A stretch of 50,439 nucleotides of DNA from an uncultured Candidatus Saccharibacteria bacterium (GCA_964372905.1 CAYJQY010000007.1:5229-55667), one strand, 5' to 3'. Counted from the stretch's first letter, positions 1-9,017 are shown. Program-made: numbers and translations. The notes: a model not told the origin generated them from the letters alone.

Positions 1-1061
1 TAGCTAAAGTCCTGAATCAAAAATTTAACAAAATTTTCCGCCGAATCCACGGGCAGCCCGGCAAAAATGTAGAACGCGCCTTCGGGGCGGCTGGCCACCA
101 CGCCCGGCATTTGCGACAACACCTCATAGACTACATCGCGGCGGCGGCGATATTCCTCACGCACCGGGTCAGTGTACTTGGACGAATTTTCCAAAAGCGG
201 GATCAATCCGTATTGCTCCAAAGTGCCCACCGAGAGCCGCGCCTGCGCGAATTTTAGCACCGCGCCCATTACGTCCATGTTGTAAGAAACAATACACCCC
301 ACTCGCGCGCCCGGCATGGAAAATCGCTTGGACACGCTGTCAACCAGAATAATCCGGTCGCGGATGTCGCTTCCAGCCATGTTTGGGTCCGTGCCGCTGG
401 CCAGCAGGCAGGATGGCTCGCCCGAAAAACGGATCTCGCGATAGGTCTCATCAGAAATAACAAACAAATTATGCTTCTTGGCTACGGCCAACAGGGTGGC
501 CAGCTCCTCATCGCCCCATAATTTTCCGGTTGGATTATCAGGATTGATGATAACGAGCGCCTTGGTCTTGGGAGTAATTTTGCTTTCAATTTCTGCGGCC
601 GGCGGCAGGGCGAAATTTTTGGCGATGGGCAAAGTTACCGGCACCAAGTTCACGCCGGTCATGACTGAAAAAGATTTATAACTCACATACAGCGGCTCAA
701 ACACCAAAAGCTCGTCCCCCGGGTCGCAGACCGCCATGATGGCGAGCAAAATAGCTTCGGCGCAGCCCACCGTGGGAATAATGTTAGCCGGCTCCAGCTC
801 CACGCCAAATTGTTTATAATATTTAATCCACGCGGCCACGTGGTCAGGATAGCCCGGACTGGGCGCATAATGGAGATTCTTTTCGGGAAAGCTTTTGATG
901 CGATCAAAAAAATCCTGGGGCACTTCCAGGTCCGGGTCGCCGGTATTGAGCTTGTGGACATGCACGCCGCGGGCTTCGGTTTCCTGCATGAGCGGCAGGA
1001 ACTTGCGGATAGGCGACGCGATTACGGTTTGGCCACGGTTGGAGATAGAGAGTTTATTCAT
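1..1061 (-). CDS. Class I/II (fold-type I) PLP-dependent aminotransferase, aspartate/aromatic aminotransferase-like; C-terminus outside window
   Basis: Not in the ORF track because it runs off the left edge. Reverse-strand translation from the ATG (CAT at 1059-1061) is stop-free to position 1: MNKLSISNRGQTVIASPIRKF...IINPDNPTGKLW...VDSVSKRFSMPGARVG. The last segment is the PLP-lysine SxSK..GxRxG context. Confidence 0.85.
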   Translation of the reverse strand, partial: MNKLSISNRGQTVIASPIRKFLPLMQETEARGVHVHKLNTGDPDLEVPQDFFDRIKSFPEKNLHYAPSPGYPDHVAAWIKYYKQFGVELEPANIIPTVGCAEAILLAIMAVCDPGDELLVFEPLYVSYKSFSVMTGVNLVPVTLPIAKNFALPPAAEIESKITPKTKALVIINPDNPTGKLWGDEELATLLAVAKKHNLFVISDETYREIRFSGEPSCLLASGTDPNMAGSDIRDRIILVDSVSKRFSMPGARVGCIVSYNMDVMGAVLKFAQARLSVGTLEQYGLIPLLENSSKYTDPVREEYRRRRDVVYEVLSQMPGVVASRPEGAFYIFAGLPVDSAENFVKFLIQDFS

Positions 1062-1147
1062 ATATGCTTACCACTATATTGTATCATAAAAAATCTGATA
1101 TACTTAAACTATGTACTTAAACTAAAGATACCTGGAAAAAACCCTCA

Positions 1148-3820
1148 ATGAAAAAACTGATACTTTGGTTCGATGAAATTGGCAAAAAAGATGTAGGGAT
1201 TGTCGGCGGCAAGAACGCCAATTTGGGCGAGATGTACCACCATCTTACCGCCGGCGACGGCAAAACTTTTCCTAAAGAAAAAATCAAGGTACCGTATGGA
1301 TTTGCCATAACCGCCGAAGCCTACCGCTTTTTTATTCGCTCCAACAAGCTCGACCACAAAATCAAGCAAGATTTGCGCGGCCTCAACACTAGAAACATCC
1401 GCGACTTGGAGAAGCGCGGGCAGGCCGTGCGCGACCTCATATTGTCGGCAAAATTCCCGACGGAATTGGCCCAGCAAATCATCACCGCCTACCAAAAACT
1501 GGCCAAGCACTATCGCACCACCACGGCTAAACTAGACGTGGCTGTGCGCTCTTCGGCCACGGCTGAAGATTTGCCCAACGCTTCGTTTGCCGGCCAGCAG
1601 GAAACCTATCTCAACATTCGCGGAGAAAACGAAGTCCTGGAGTCAGTAAAAAAAGGCTTTGCCTCGCTGTTTACCAACCGCGCCATTTCCTACCGCCACG
1701 ACACGGGCTTTGACCATTTCAACGTGGCGCTGTCCGTGGCCGTGCAGAAAATGGTGCGCTCCGACCGCGGCTCATCCGGCGTAATGTTTACTTTAGATAC
1801 GGAAAGCGGCTTTCGCGATGCTATTATCATCAATGCCAGTTATGGCTTGGGCGAGTACGTGGTGGCCGGCATCGTTAATCCCGATGAATTCGTTATATTT
1901 AAGCCAAGTTTAGCCAGAGGATTTAACGCTATCATCAGCAAAAAATTAGGCAGCAAGGAAAAAAAGCTAATTTATGGGATCGATGGCAGCAAGCCGACAA
2001 AAGAGGTCTTAGTTTCGCCGGCCGACCGCCAGCGCTTTGTGCTAACCGAAAAGCACATTTTACAGTTGGCTCGCTGGGGCATGATCATTGAAAATCATTA
2101 TAATCGACCCATGGATATTGAATGGGCTTATGACGGAGCAACGCAAGAACTGTATTTGCTCCAGGCCCGTCCCGAAACCGTGGAGGCGCGAAAACAGCAG
2201 GGCGTGGTGCTGGAAGAGTATCGGCTGCAGCTATCAAACAAGAACGGCAGAAGCGGCAAGGGCGGCGGAAGGGAAAAGCCCGAAACAGGTCAAGGCGGCG
2301 CAAAGAGCGCCAAGGCCGCCGAGCGGAGCAAGAATGCCGCGCCAAAAGTTTTAGTGCGCGGCGTGGCTTGCGGCGCCAAAATCGGCCAGGGCAAAGTCCA
2401 TTTTATAAAAGACGCCTCCCAGATTGCCGAATTCAAGAAAGGCGAGGTGCTGGTTACGGAAATTACCGATCCGGACTGGGAGCCCATTATGAAAATCGCA
2501 GCAGCCATTGTTACGGACTTTGGCGGGCGCACTTCCCATGCCGCGATTGTTTCAAGAGAACTAGGCATTCCGGCCGTGGTCGGCTGCGCCGACGCCACAA
2601 AAATCCTCAAAACCGGCAAAGAGGTAACAGTATCCTGCGCCGAAGGCGAGGTGGGCAAAGTTTACGAAGGCCTCCTGCCGTTCAAAATCGAACGGCATGA
2701 CCTGAAAAACTTCAAGCCGCCCAAAACCGAAGTCAAGATGATTGTGGCTGACCCGGAGCTGGTGTTTGGCTTTGCCCAAATCCCCCATCGCGGGGTGGGG
2801 CTGGCGCGCGAGGAGTTCATCATTTCCAATTACGTCAAAATCCATCCGAATGCGCTTATAAATTATAAATCGATAAAAGATAAAGCCCTGAAAAAGCAGA
2901 TTGATGACTTAACGCGCGGCTACTCAAGCAAAACCGGCTTCTACGTGGAAAAACTGGCTTACGGGATTGCCATGATTGCCGCGGCGTATTATCCCTACGA
3001 AGTGGTGTTAAGATTTTCCGACTTCAAGAGCAACGAGTACCGCAATTTAATCGGCGGCGCGCTGTATGAGCCGGTAGAGGAAAACCCCATGCTCGGCTGG
3101 CGCGGCGCCTCGCGCTATTATGACCCCAAATTTGCCCAAGCTTTTGCCCTGGAATGCCAGGCGGTCAAAAGAGTGCGCGAGGACATGGGTCTGTGGAATT
3201 TAAAGGTGATGATCCCATTCTGCCGCACGCCCGAGGAAGGGCGCAAAGTGCTGGAAATTATGAAACGGCACGGGCTGCCGCGGGCGGGACACCAAGCGGG
3301 CCGCCGGACTGGCCGTAACTTCGCAGGCCGGGACAAGGCCGACCGGACCAAAGGCGCCATGCTCAAAGTTAAAGGCCGCTACGATACCGTAGTGCTGTAT
3401 TCGGGACTTGAAGTTTTGGTGATGGCTGAAGTTCCCTCCAACGTTTTGCAGGCCGAGGAGTTTGCTAAAATTTTTGATGCGTTTTCTATTGGCTCAAACG
3501 ACTTAACCCAGCTCACCTTAGGGCTGGATCGGGACTCCGGGCTAATCGCCCACATTGGCAGCGAGCGCAACGCTTCGGTGAAGCGCTTAATCCATGAGCT
3601 GATTTTAGTGGCTCACAAAAACGGGAAAAAGGTGGGGATCTGCGGCCAGGGGCCGTCGGACTTCCCTGACTTTGGGGAATTTTTGGTGCGCGAGGGTATT
3701 GACTCGATTTCCATCAATCCCGATACGGTGCTTAAAGCCACGCTGAAGATAAAGGCAGTGGAGCAACAGCTCGCCAAAGGTCAACGCCAGCAGGACAAAA
3801 AGGGCGTGGCATTGCTATAG
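1148..3820 (+). CDS. ppsA: Phosphoenolpyruvate synthase (pyruvate, water dikinase) with two low-complexity inserts
   Basis: 890-aa ORF. N-terminus is MKKLILWFDEIGKKDVGIVGGKNANLGEM. Swivel phosphohistidine region is TDPDWEPIMK..GGRTSHAAIVSRELGIPAVVG. C-terminal PEP-utilising barrel has FSIGSNDLTQLTLGLDRDSG. Confidence 0.92.
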   Translation: MKKLILWFDEIGKKDVGIVGGKNANLGEMYHHLTAGDGKTFPKEKIKVPYGFAITAEAYRFFIRSNKLDHKIKQDLRGLNTRNIRDLEKRGQAVRDLILSAKFPTELAQQIITAYQKLAKHYRTTTAKLDVAVRSSATAEDLPNASFAGQQETYLNIRGENEVLESVKKGFASLFTNRAISYRHDTGFDHFNVALSVAVQKMVRSDRGSSGVMFTLDTESGFRDAIIINASYGLGEYVVAGIVNPDEFVIFKPSLARGFNAIISKKLGSKEKKLIYGIDGSKPTKEVLVSPADRQRFVLTEKHILQLARWGMIIENHYNRPMDIEWAYDGATQELYLLQARPETVEARKQQGVVLEEYRLQLSNKNGRSGKGGGREKPETGQGGAKSAKAAERSKNAAPKVLVRGVACGAKIGQGKVHFIKDASQIAEFKKGEVLVTEITDPDWEPIMKIAAAIVTDFGGRTSHAAIVSRELGIPAVVGCADATKILKTGKEVTVSCAEGEVGKVYEGLLPFKIERHDLKNFKPPKTEVKMIVADPELVFGFAQIPHRGVGLAREEFIISNYVKIHPNALINYKSIKDKALKKQIDDLTRGYSSKTGFYVEKLAYGIAMIAAAYYPYEVVLRFSDFKSNEYRNLIGGALYEPVEENPMLGWRGASRYYDPKFAQAFALECQAVKRVREDMGLWNLKVMIPFCRTPEEGRKVLEIMKRHGLPRAGHQAGRRTGRNFAGRDKADRTKGAMLKVKGRYDTVVLYSGLEVLVMAEVPSNVLQAEEFAKIFDAFSIGSNDLTQLTLGLDRDSGLIAHIGSERNASVKRLIHELILVAHKNGKKVGICGQGPSDFPDFGEFLVREGIDSISINPDTVLKATLKIKAVEQQLAKGQRQQDKKGVALL

Positions 3821-4051
3821 CGTCAAGGAGAAAATTTTACGATTTTTTGGGGATTACTTTTTGATGCAGCTTGGGCAATGAAATTAGGGTGATTTGCTGC
3901 GCGGCGGGGCGGAAATAAAATCTTTCTAAAGAAAGGATAAAGGAATGGCGAAGTTTGCGTTTGATTGGCCGCAAACTATACCCTATCATGCATTCATCAA
4001 GCTATTAACTAATCTTTATCAGCAAAATAAAGATTGCGTCAAACAAAATTT

Positions 4052-4726
4052 ATGAGAATTTTAGTGGTGGACGATGAAAAAGAAATCAGGGATTTTATCA
4101 AAAGCAGTCTGGTGGCCGAAGGGTTTACCGTAGATGTTACCGGCGAGGGCGAGCGGGCCTCGTTTTTGGCCCGCACCAATGAATACGATTTAATTGTGCT
4201 CGACTATGTCCTGCCTGTTATGAGCGGCCTGGAGGTCTGCCACGACATCCGGAAAGGAGGCAAGACCATGCCCATAATCATGCTGTCGGTGGAATCAGAC
4301 ACCAAGGCGAAAATCAAGCTGCTGTCCAGCGGGGCAGACGATTATGTAACCAAGCCGTTCGCGCTGGAGGAGTTGCTGGCCAGGATCCGCGCGCTGTTGC
4401 GCCGGCCAAAACCCATAACGCCCGATGTGCTAAGAATACAGGATTTGTTTGTGGATATGCCCCGGCACACTGTGCGGCGGGCCGGGCAGACAATTTATCT
4501 GACCCGCAAGGAATTTGAGCTGCTGGAATATCTCATGCGAAACCGCGGCGTAGTCCTAACCCGCGCGATGATTATGGAGCACGTCTGGGACGTGCAGGCC
4601 GATGTGTTTTCCAACACGATAGAAACTCACATCCTAAACTTGCGGCGCAAAATTGATCGGGACGCCAAGAGCAAGCTTATCCACACCGTGCCCGGGAGGG
4701 GCTATAAAATTGACGATACTGATTGA
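4052..4726 (+). CDS. OmpR/PhoB-family response regulator (REC + winged-helix)
   Basis: MRILVVDDEKEIRDF..DLIVLDYVLPVMSG..VTKPF receiver, followed by LTRKEFELLEYLMRN...VPGRGYKI winged helix. The track ORF starts at a TTG (4034), but the ATG at 4052 gives the canonical N-terminus. Confidence 0.9.
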   Translation: MRILVVDDEKEIRDFIKSSLVAEGFTVDVTGEGERASFLARTNEYDLIVLDYVLPVMSGLEVCHDIRKGGKTMPIIMLSVESDTKAKIKLLSSGADDYVTKPFALEELLARIRALLRRPKPITPDVLRIQDLFVDMPRHTVRRAGQTIYLTRKEFELLEYLMRNRGVVLTRAMIMEHVWDVQADVFSNTIETHILNLRRKIDRDAKSKLIHTVPGRGYKIDDTD

Positions 4727-5070
4727 AAGTATTGGGGATTTGGCCCCGAAAATTTTAGAAACATTCTGATTCTTCTTTAAAATTCCTTGATGGCCTCTAC
4801 GCTATACTGGTTGCGTACCCAAGCTGGCTAGTCTCCCGAGTCGGCTACAGAGTATACTTAGGCCAGGAGTCGAGGCAAAAGTACCATATCATTAATATCA
4901 TTACGTCTATGGACCAAATCGTTCAAAACTTATTGTGCCAATCGTCAATACGAAGTTTGCCATCGGTCGATGCGCTTATCAATTTGACGAGCCAATATTA
5001 CCCTTGGAGTGGAGAGGCACAATAATATTGTAGCCAACCAGCTAAATAATATTTATAAGTCAAGCTTGTC

Positions 5071-6516
5071 ATGGCTAATCTTCTCGAGATTTTTAACCGG
5101 GGCGCGGGCTGGCTCTGGTTAAAATGTATCGAACCCAAATCAACAAATGAAGATATAAGACGAAGAGAATTTATTTTAAACATTATTCTCTCATCATCAA
5201 TATTTTTATTGTTGATCCTTGACAGTGTAATACTGTACGACTCTGTGACCATGAGGGAAAACTATCGAGGAATTTCTTTTCCTGCTTTTTCCTCTATCAT
5301 CATGGCGTTTGGCTTATTGCTGGCTCTATCGCGGAAGGGCCAATCCGTACTTGCTTCATACCTTCTCGTTGCAATTTACTTTGTCAGCGTCAGTTACAGC
5401 AGCTACCGGTGGGGTATTGAACTGCCAATTTTGCTGTTAAGCTACAGTTTAGTCATTATTATCGCCAGCATTTTGGTTAGTACCAAATTTGGATTCTTGA
5501 TTACTTTTTTGTGCGCGGCAACTATCGTCACGCTTGGCTTTCTCGAAACCACTCATAATATATCTCCGGATCTAACTTGGAAAACCAGCTCGCTGCGGTT
5601 AGGCAACGCGGTGGAATTTGCATCGATTTTGTTTTTGACCATGGTAATCTCCTGGCTGTCGAATCGGGAAATTGAGAAATCGCTCGGTCGGGCCCGCACT
5701 TCAGAGGAGGCCTTGCGCCAAGAACGCGACTTGCTGGAAATCAAAGTAGAACAGCGCACGATGGAATTAAAACAGCTCCAGGTAGAGCGTATTTCGCAAC
5801 TTTACCGCTTTGCCGAGTTTGGCCGTCTGGCTTCCGGTTTGTTCCATGATCTCATAAATCCGCTGGCGGCATTGTCGCTCCATGTTGACAAGCTTATTCA
5901 ACAACCCAACATACGAGCGAATGAAACCAAACAGTATCTCGAACGCGCTGTCAACTTAACTAAGAGAATGGACAACTTCATGCGCGGTGTGAGTAAACAA
6001 ATTCAAAACCGCGAACTTAACTTGTTGTTCTCGCCATCGGAGGAAATTGAGCAAGTCGTTCAAATTCTCGACTACAAAGCTCGTCGGGCTGGTGTGCGGC
6101 TCGTCTGCCGCATACCCGATCAACCTATCCAAAATTTTGGTAATCCTCTGAAATTCCACCAGCTAATTGCCAACCTGGTATCTAACGCTATTGACGCCTA
6201 TGAGTCAATCAAACCGTCGAGTTTCCAAACAAGAACTGTCACTATATCCTTGGCACAATGCGATAATGAAACTTGTATCGTGGTGACTGATCAGGGTGCA
6301 GGCATGGCGCCAGAGTTAGTAGATAAAATTTTTGAGCCCTTTTTTACCACCAAACATCCGCATAAGGGTACGGGTATCGGATTATCTACCACGAAAGATA
6401 TTGTCGAAAAGCACTTTGGCGGACGGATTTCAGTGGCCAGCGAAGTTGCTAAAGGAACCTCGTTCACGATTAAGTTTCCCAAAAGAGCATCTAGTATCTC
6501 GAAAATTGGCAGTTAA
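5071..6516 (+). CDS. Sensor histidine kinase with multi-pass membrane-embedded N-terminal sensor
   Basis: About six hydrophobic helices in the first ~200 aa, then a coiled-coil linker. H-box FGRLASGLFHDLINPL, N-box LVSNAIDA, G-boxes DQGAGM and GTGIGLS. Visibly AT-richer than neighbouring genes (not computed). Confidence 0.88.
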   Translation: MANLLEIFNRGAGWLWLKCIEPKSTNEDIRRREFILNIILSSSIFLLLILDSVILYDSVTMRENYRGISFPAFSSIIMAFGLLLALSRKGQSVLASYLLVAIYFVSVSYSSYRWGIELPILLLSYSLVIIIASILVSTKFGFLITFLCAATIVTLGFLETTHNISPDLTWKTSSLRLGNAVEFASILFLTMVISWLSNREIEKSLGRARTSEEALRQERDLLEIKVEQRTMELKQLQVERISQLYRFAEFGRLASGLFHDLINPLAALSLHVDKLIQQPNIRANETKQYLERAVNLTKRMDNFMRGVSKQIQNRELNLLFSPSEEIEQVVQILDYKARRAGVRLVCRIPDQPIQNFGNPLKFHQLIANLVSNAIDAYESIKPSSFQTRTVTISLAQCDNETCIVVTDQGAGMAPELVDKIFEPFFTTKHPHKGTGIGLSTTKDIVEKHFGGRISVASEVAKGTSFTIKFPKRASSISKIGS

Positions 6517-6533
6517 ATAATAATCAACAATAT

Positions 6534-8768
6534 ATGGCTAACATTCTCATCCGCGAGGCCGCGGGCTGTTTAAGCGAGGTCCAAAAAAGTGAAAGAGGCA
6601 TTATAAGCTTATCATCACGAAACCAGAACTTTGACTGTTTTCGCACCTATCTCACAACTTTTTCGACTTCCACAATTCTTAATTGCCTCGACGGACTGGA
6701 AGTAAATCTGAATATTAGCACCCTTACGATCAAGATTAAAGAAAAGTCAGCTAAATTTCTCCTCTCCCAAAAAAGCCCTCAATGGTCCTTCAACTATTGG
6801 GCCCGGCAGTCGCCGGAATATAAAACCCTGCCTTACCCCGATGACGCCGACGATACTTTTACCGCGCTAGCCGCACTTACGCAATACAACCCCGATCTCC
6901 TCGATCCCTCTGCAATGGCGAAAATCACCCAGTTGTTAATTAGCATCGAAACCGAGCCTGGCGGGCCTTACCGCACCTGGTTTGTGCCGGCAACTAGCGC
7001 AGAAGTGTGGCGCGACGTGGATCTTGCCCCAAACAGCGCCATTGCCTATTTCCTCCAGCTCCAAAAAGTCCGCCTGCCCAAGCTCCTGGCCTGGCTGGAC
7101 GGCCAAATTCTGGCGGGCAACTTTAGCTCGCGCTACTATCCTTTTGAATATCCCATTTTGTATTTTCTCTCGCGCCTGGACGGACTGGAACATCAACAGC
7201 TCATTGTGGAGCGGCTGAAACATCATTTGCAAGCGGATGAATCGGGAGAATCAATAAACATGCTGGAGGCCGGGCTCACAGCCAGCGCCCTGGCCAATGG
7301 CGGCGCGCCCGCCTCTGAAATCAAACCCGCCGTGGACATGATTGAAAAACAATACGCGCTTAACCACTGGCAACCCTTTGCCTTCTGCCTCGATCCGGCT
7401 ATAAACGGCCAAACCCACTATCACGGCTCGAGCGCGCTCACCGCGGCCATAGTTTTGGAGGCGCTGGCTAAATATCAAAATTTGCTGGAGCGGCAGCGGG
7501 GGCGCAGACAGGACAATCGCGGGCATGAGCATGGCGGACAAGACAGCGGCAACCCTGATGCTTCTCACCAAGGTTCCTTTCGTCCTTCCGAAGACTCACT
7601 TCATAAAACGATCCGCCAAAAAGTTACGGCTCTAGCCGACGCCGCCTGCCAAAAGCTCGACCCGCCCCTGCGCCAGCAAGCCCAAACCGTGCTGGCCCAA
7701 ATGCTCAAGCAAGATAAATCGCACTCTATTATTCTTTTGCCCCAGCTGTTTCGCCAGGCGCTCGGCCGCGGCAATGAATCACGCGCTAACGCGTCCCGCG
7801 GCGCCGCGGGACGAGGCGCCGCGTCCGCCAGCGCCGCATCTGAACAGGCCTTCCCCCTCACCGACGAGCTCATGATCCGTCTCGGCCTGGCCCAGCTATA
7901 CGGCTGGTGCGCCTTCTCAACTTTTGACGATGTAATTGACGCGCAAAAATCTCCGAGCGACCTGCCCGCAGCCATGCTTTTTCTGGAGTGGTTCTTGGAT
8001 GGATATCACACCATTGCCGATAACTATCTGGCCAACAATCTTTCCGCCCATCGCGCCGCAAAACAACTCGTGGCCCGATATGTCCAAGCCACCACTTCTG
8101 CTTACGCCCGGGAAATATCTGACTACAGAATTCCCGTGCGCGACAACATCATTTCCATTCCCGCCCGCTTCCTCTCTATCCCCACCCGCTTCCCCAATTT
8201 TAAAGATGCTACTCACCTGGCCGACCGCAGCCTGGGCCACGCCCTGGCCCCGATCATCATCTTGAGTCTTCTTGGCCACAAAAAAGATTCAGCCCCGGTC
8301 CTGGCCACCGAGAATTTTTTCCGCCATTATCTGGCTGCCCGCCAACTCCACGACGACGCTCACGACTGGCGTGAGGACCTGGCCGGCGGCCGGATTACGC
8401 CGGTTACTGCTTTGCTGATGAACTCCTGGCGCACCAACTTTAATAAGACTTCAATAAAACTTGATATAGACCTTCCTCAACTTCATGAGTTATTTTGGAA
8501 TAATTTGATGGGAATCGTATCCCAAAGCATCCATGCGCGCGCAACCCAAGCCCGCGCCGCGCTTAGCGGCGCTGTTCTCAACGATGCCGCGGGCGCAACG
8601 CTAGACAACCTCGCCCTGCCCCACGGTAATTCCCATCAAACCAATTTTCTCGAACATCCCGAGCTGCTTACCAATTTACTTATCCCGCTCGAACGCGGCG
8701 CCAACCAGGCCCTGACCGAGCGCGACAACATCAAACTATTTATGCAAAACTTCAGCCCCAAAACCTGA
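6534..8768 (+). CDS. Two-domain isoprenoid-enzyme-like fusion: N-terminal terpene-cyclase/prenyltransferase alpha-alpha toroid-like domain + C-terminal squalene/phytoene-synthase-like domain
   Basis: 744-aa ORF starting 17 nt after the kinase stop. N-terminal half has YPDDADDTFTALAAL (DxDDT-type class II cyclase motif, nt 6840-6857) and QW-like segments (FLLSQKSPQWSFNYW, ETEPGGPYRTW). C-terminal half has LYGWCAFSTFDDVIDAQ (nt 7926-7940) and ARQLHDDAHDWREDLAGGRITP (nt 8352-8366), 137 aa apart. These resemble the two Asp-rich motifs of CrtB/SQS-family enzymes (YAWCRHCDDVIDDQ; NIARDIVDDAHAGRCYLP). Confidence 0.55.
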   Translation: MANILIREAAGCLSEVQKSERGIISLSSRNQNFDCFRTYLTTFSTSTILNCLDGLEVNLNISTLTIKIKEKSAKFLLSQKSPQWSFNYWARQSPEYKTLPYPDDADDTFTALAALTQYNPDLLDPSAMAKITQLLISIETEPGGPYRTWFVPATSAEVWRDVDLAPNSAIAYFLQLQKVRLPKLLAWLDGQILAGNFSSRYYPFEYPILYFLSRLDGLEHQQLIVERLKHHLQADESGESINMLEAGLTASALANGGAPASEIKPAVDMIEKQYALNHWQPFAFCLDPAINGQTHYHGSSALTAAIVLEALAKYQNLLERQRGRRQDNRGHEHGGQDSGNPDASHQGSFRPSEDSLHKTIRQKVTALADAACQKLDPPLRQQAQTVLAQMLKQDKSHSIILLPQLFRQALGRGNESRANASRGAAGRGAASASAASEQAFPLTDELMIRLGLAQLYGWCAFSTFDDVIDAQKSPSDLPAAMLFLEWFLDGYHTIADNYLANNLSAHRAAKQLVARYVQATTSAYAREISDYRIPVRDNIISIPARFLSIPTRFPNFKDATHLADRSLGHALAPIIILSLLGHKKDSAPVLATENFFRHYLAARQLHDDAHDWREDLAGGRITPVTALLMNSWRTNFNKTSIKLDIDLPQLHELFWNNLMGIVSQSIHARATQARAALSGAVLNDAAGATLDNLALPHGNSHQTNFLEHPELLTNLLIPLERGANQALTERDNIKLFMQNFSPKT

Positions 8769-8812
8769 ATTACAGACAATCGTGCTAACTATCAGCCACA
8801 AAGGAGGGACTC

Positions 8813-8965
8813 ATGCGCCTATCAAAATACGACCCGCCGCCGAGTCGGCTGGAATTGCTGTTCCTTCACGCCTTTTTCGGTACCCTGCGCAGCGCCGGCT
8901 ATGTCATTGATCGAGCAATTGATTATTTTCGGCACGTTAGGCAACTCTTCAAACGGCTTTCTTAA
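8813..8965 (+). CDS. Hypothetical 50-aa protein (below ORF-track cutoff)
   Basis: ATG is preceded by a strong Shine-Dalgarno AAAGGAGGG (8800-8808). Translation is MRLSKYDPPPSRLELLFLHAFFGTLRSAGYVIDRAIDYFRHVRQLFKRLS. A stem-loop terminator follows 20 nt after the TAA stop. Confidence 0.3.
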   Translation: MRLSKYDPPPSRLELLFLHAFFGTLRSAGYVIDRAIDYFRHVRQLFKRLS

Positions 8966-8984
8966 AGCCAGGCCAATGTGCCTA

Positions 8985-9017
8985 GCCGGTGAACATTCGT
9001 TCACCGGCCTTTCTCTT
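8985..9017 (+). terminator. Rho-independent-type terminator
   Basis: Perfect 10-bp stem GCCGGTGAAC / GTTCACCGGC (8985-8994, 8999-9008) with loop ATTC, followed by CTTTCTCTT. Confidence 0.6.

Noticed and set aside
3278-3287. The shared 10-mer CCGCGGGCGG (ppsA insert 2 versus the TGase insert) and the shared 11-mer GACAGGACCCC (37021 versus 49616) as stand-alone proof of homology.
   Set aside because: Exact matches of 10-11 nt are expected many times by chance among all position pairs in a 50-kb GC-biased window. They are kept only as supporting hints within broader findings.
4909-5025. 38-codon ORF (MDQIVQNLLCQSSIRSLPSVDALINLTSQYYPWSGEAQ) in the RR-HK gap.
   Set aside because: No SD, no recognisable motif, and too short to evaluate. 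It could be a gene remnant, but nothing supports calling it.
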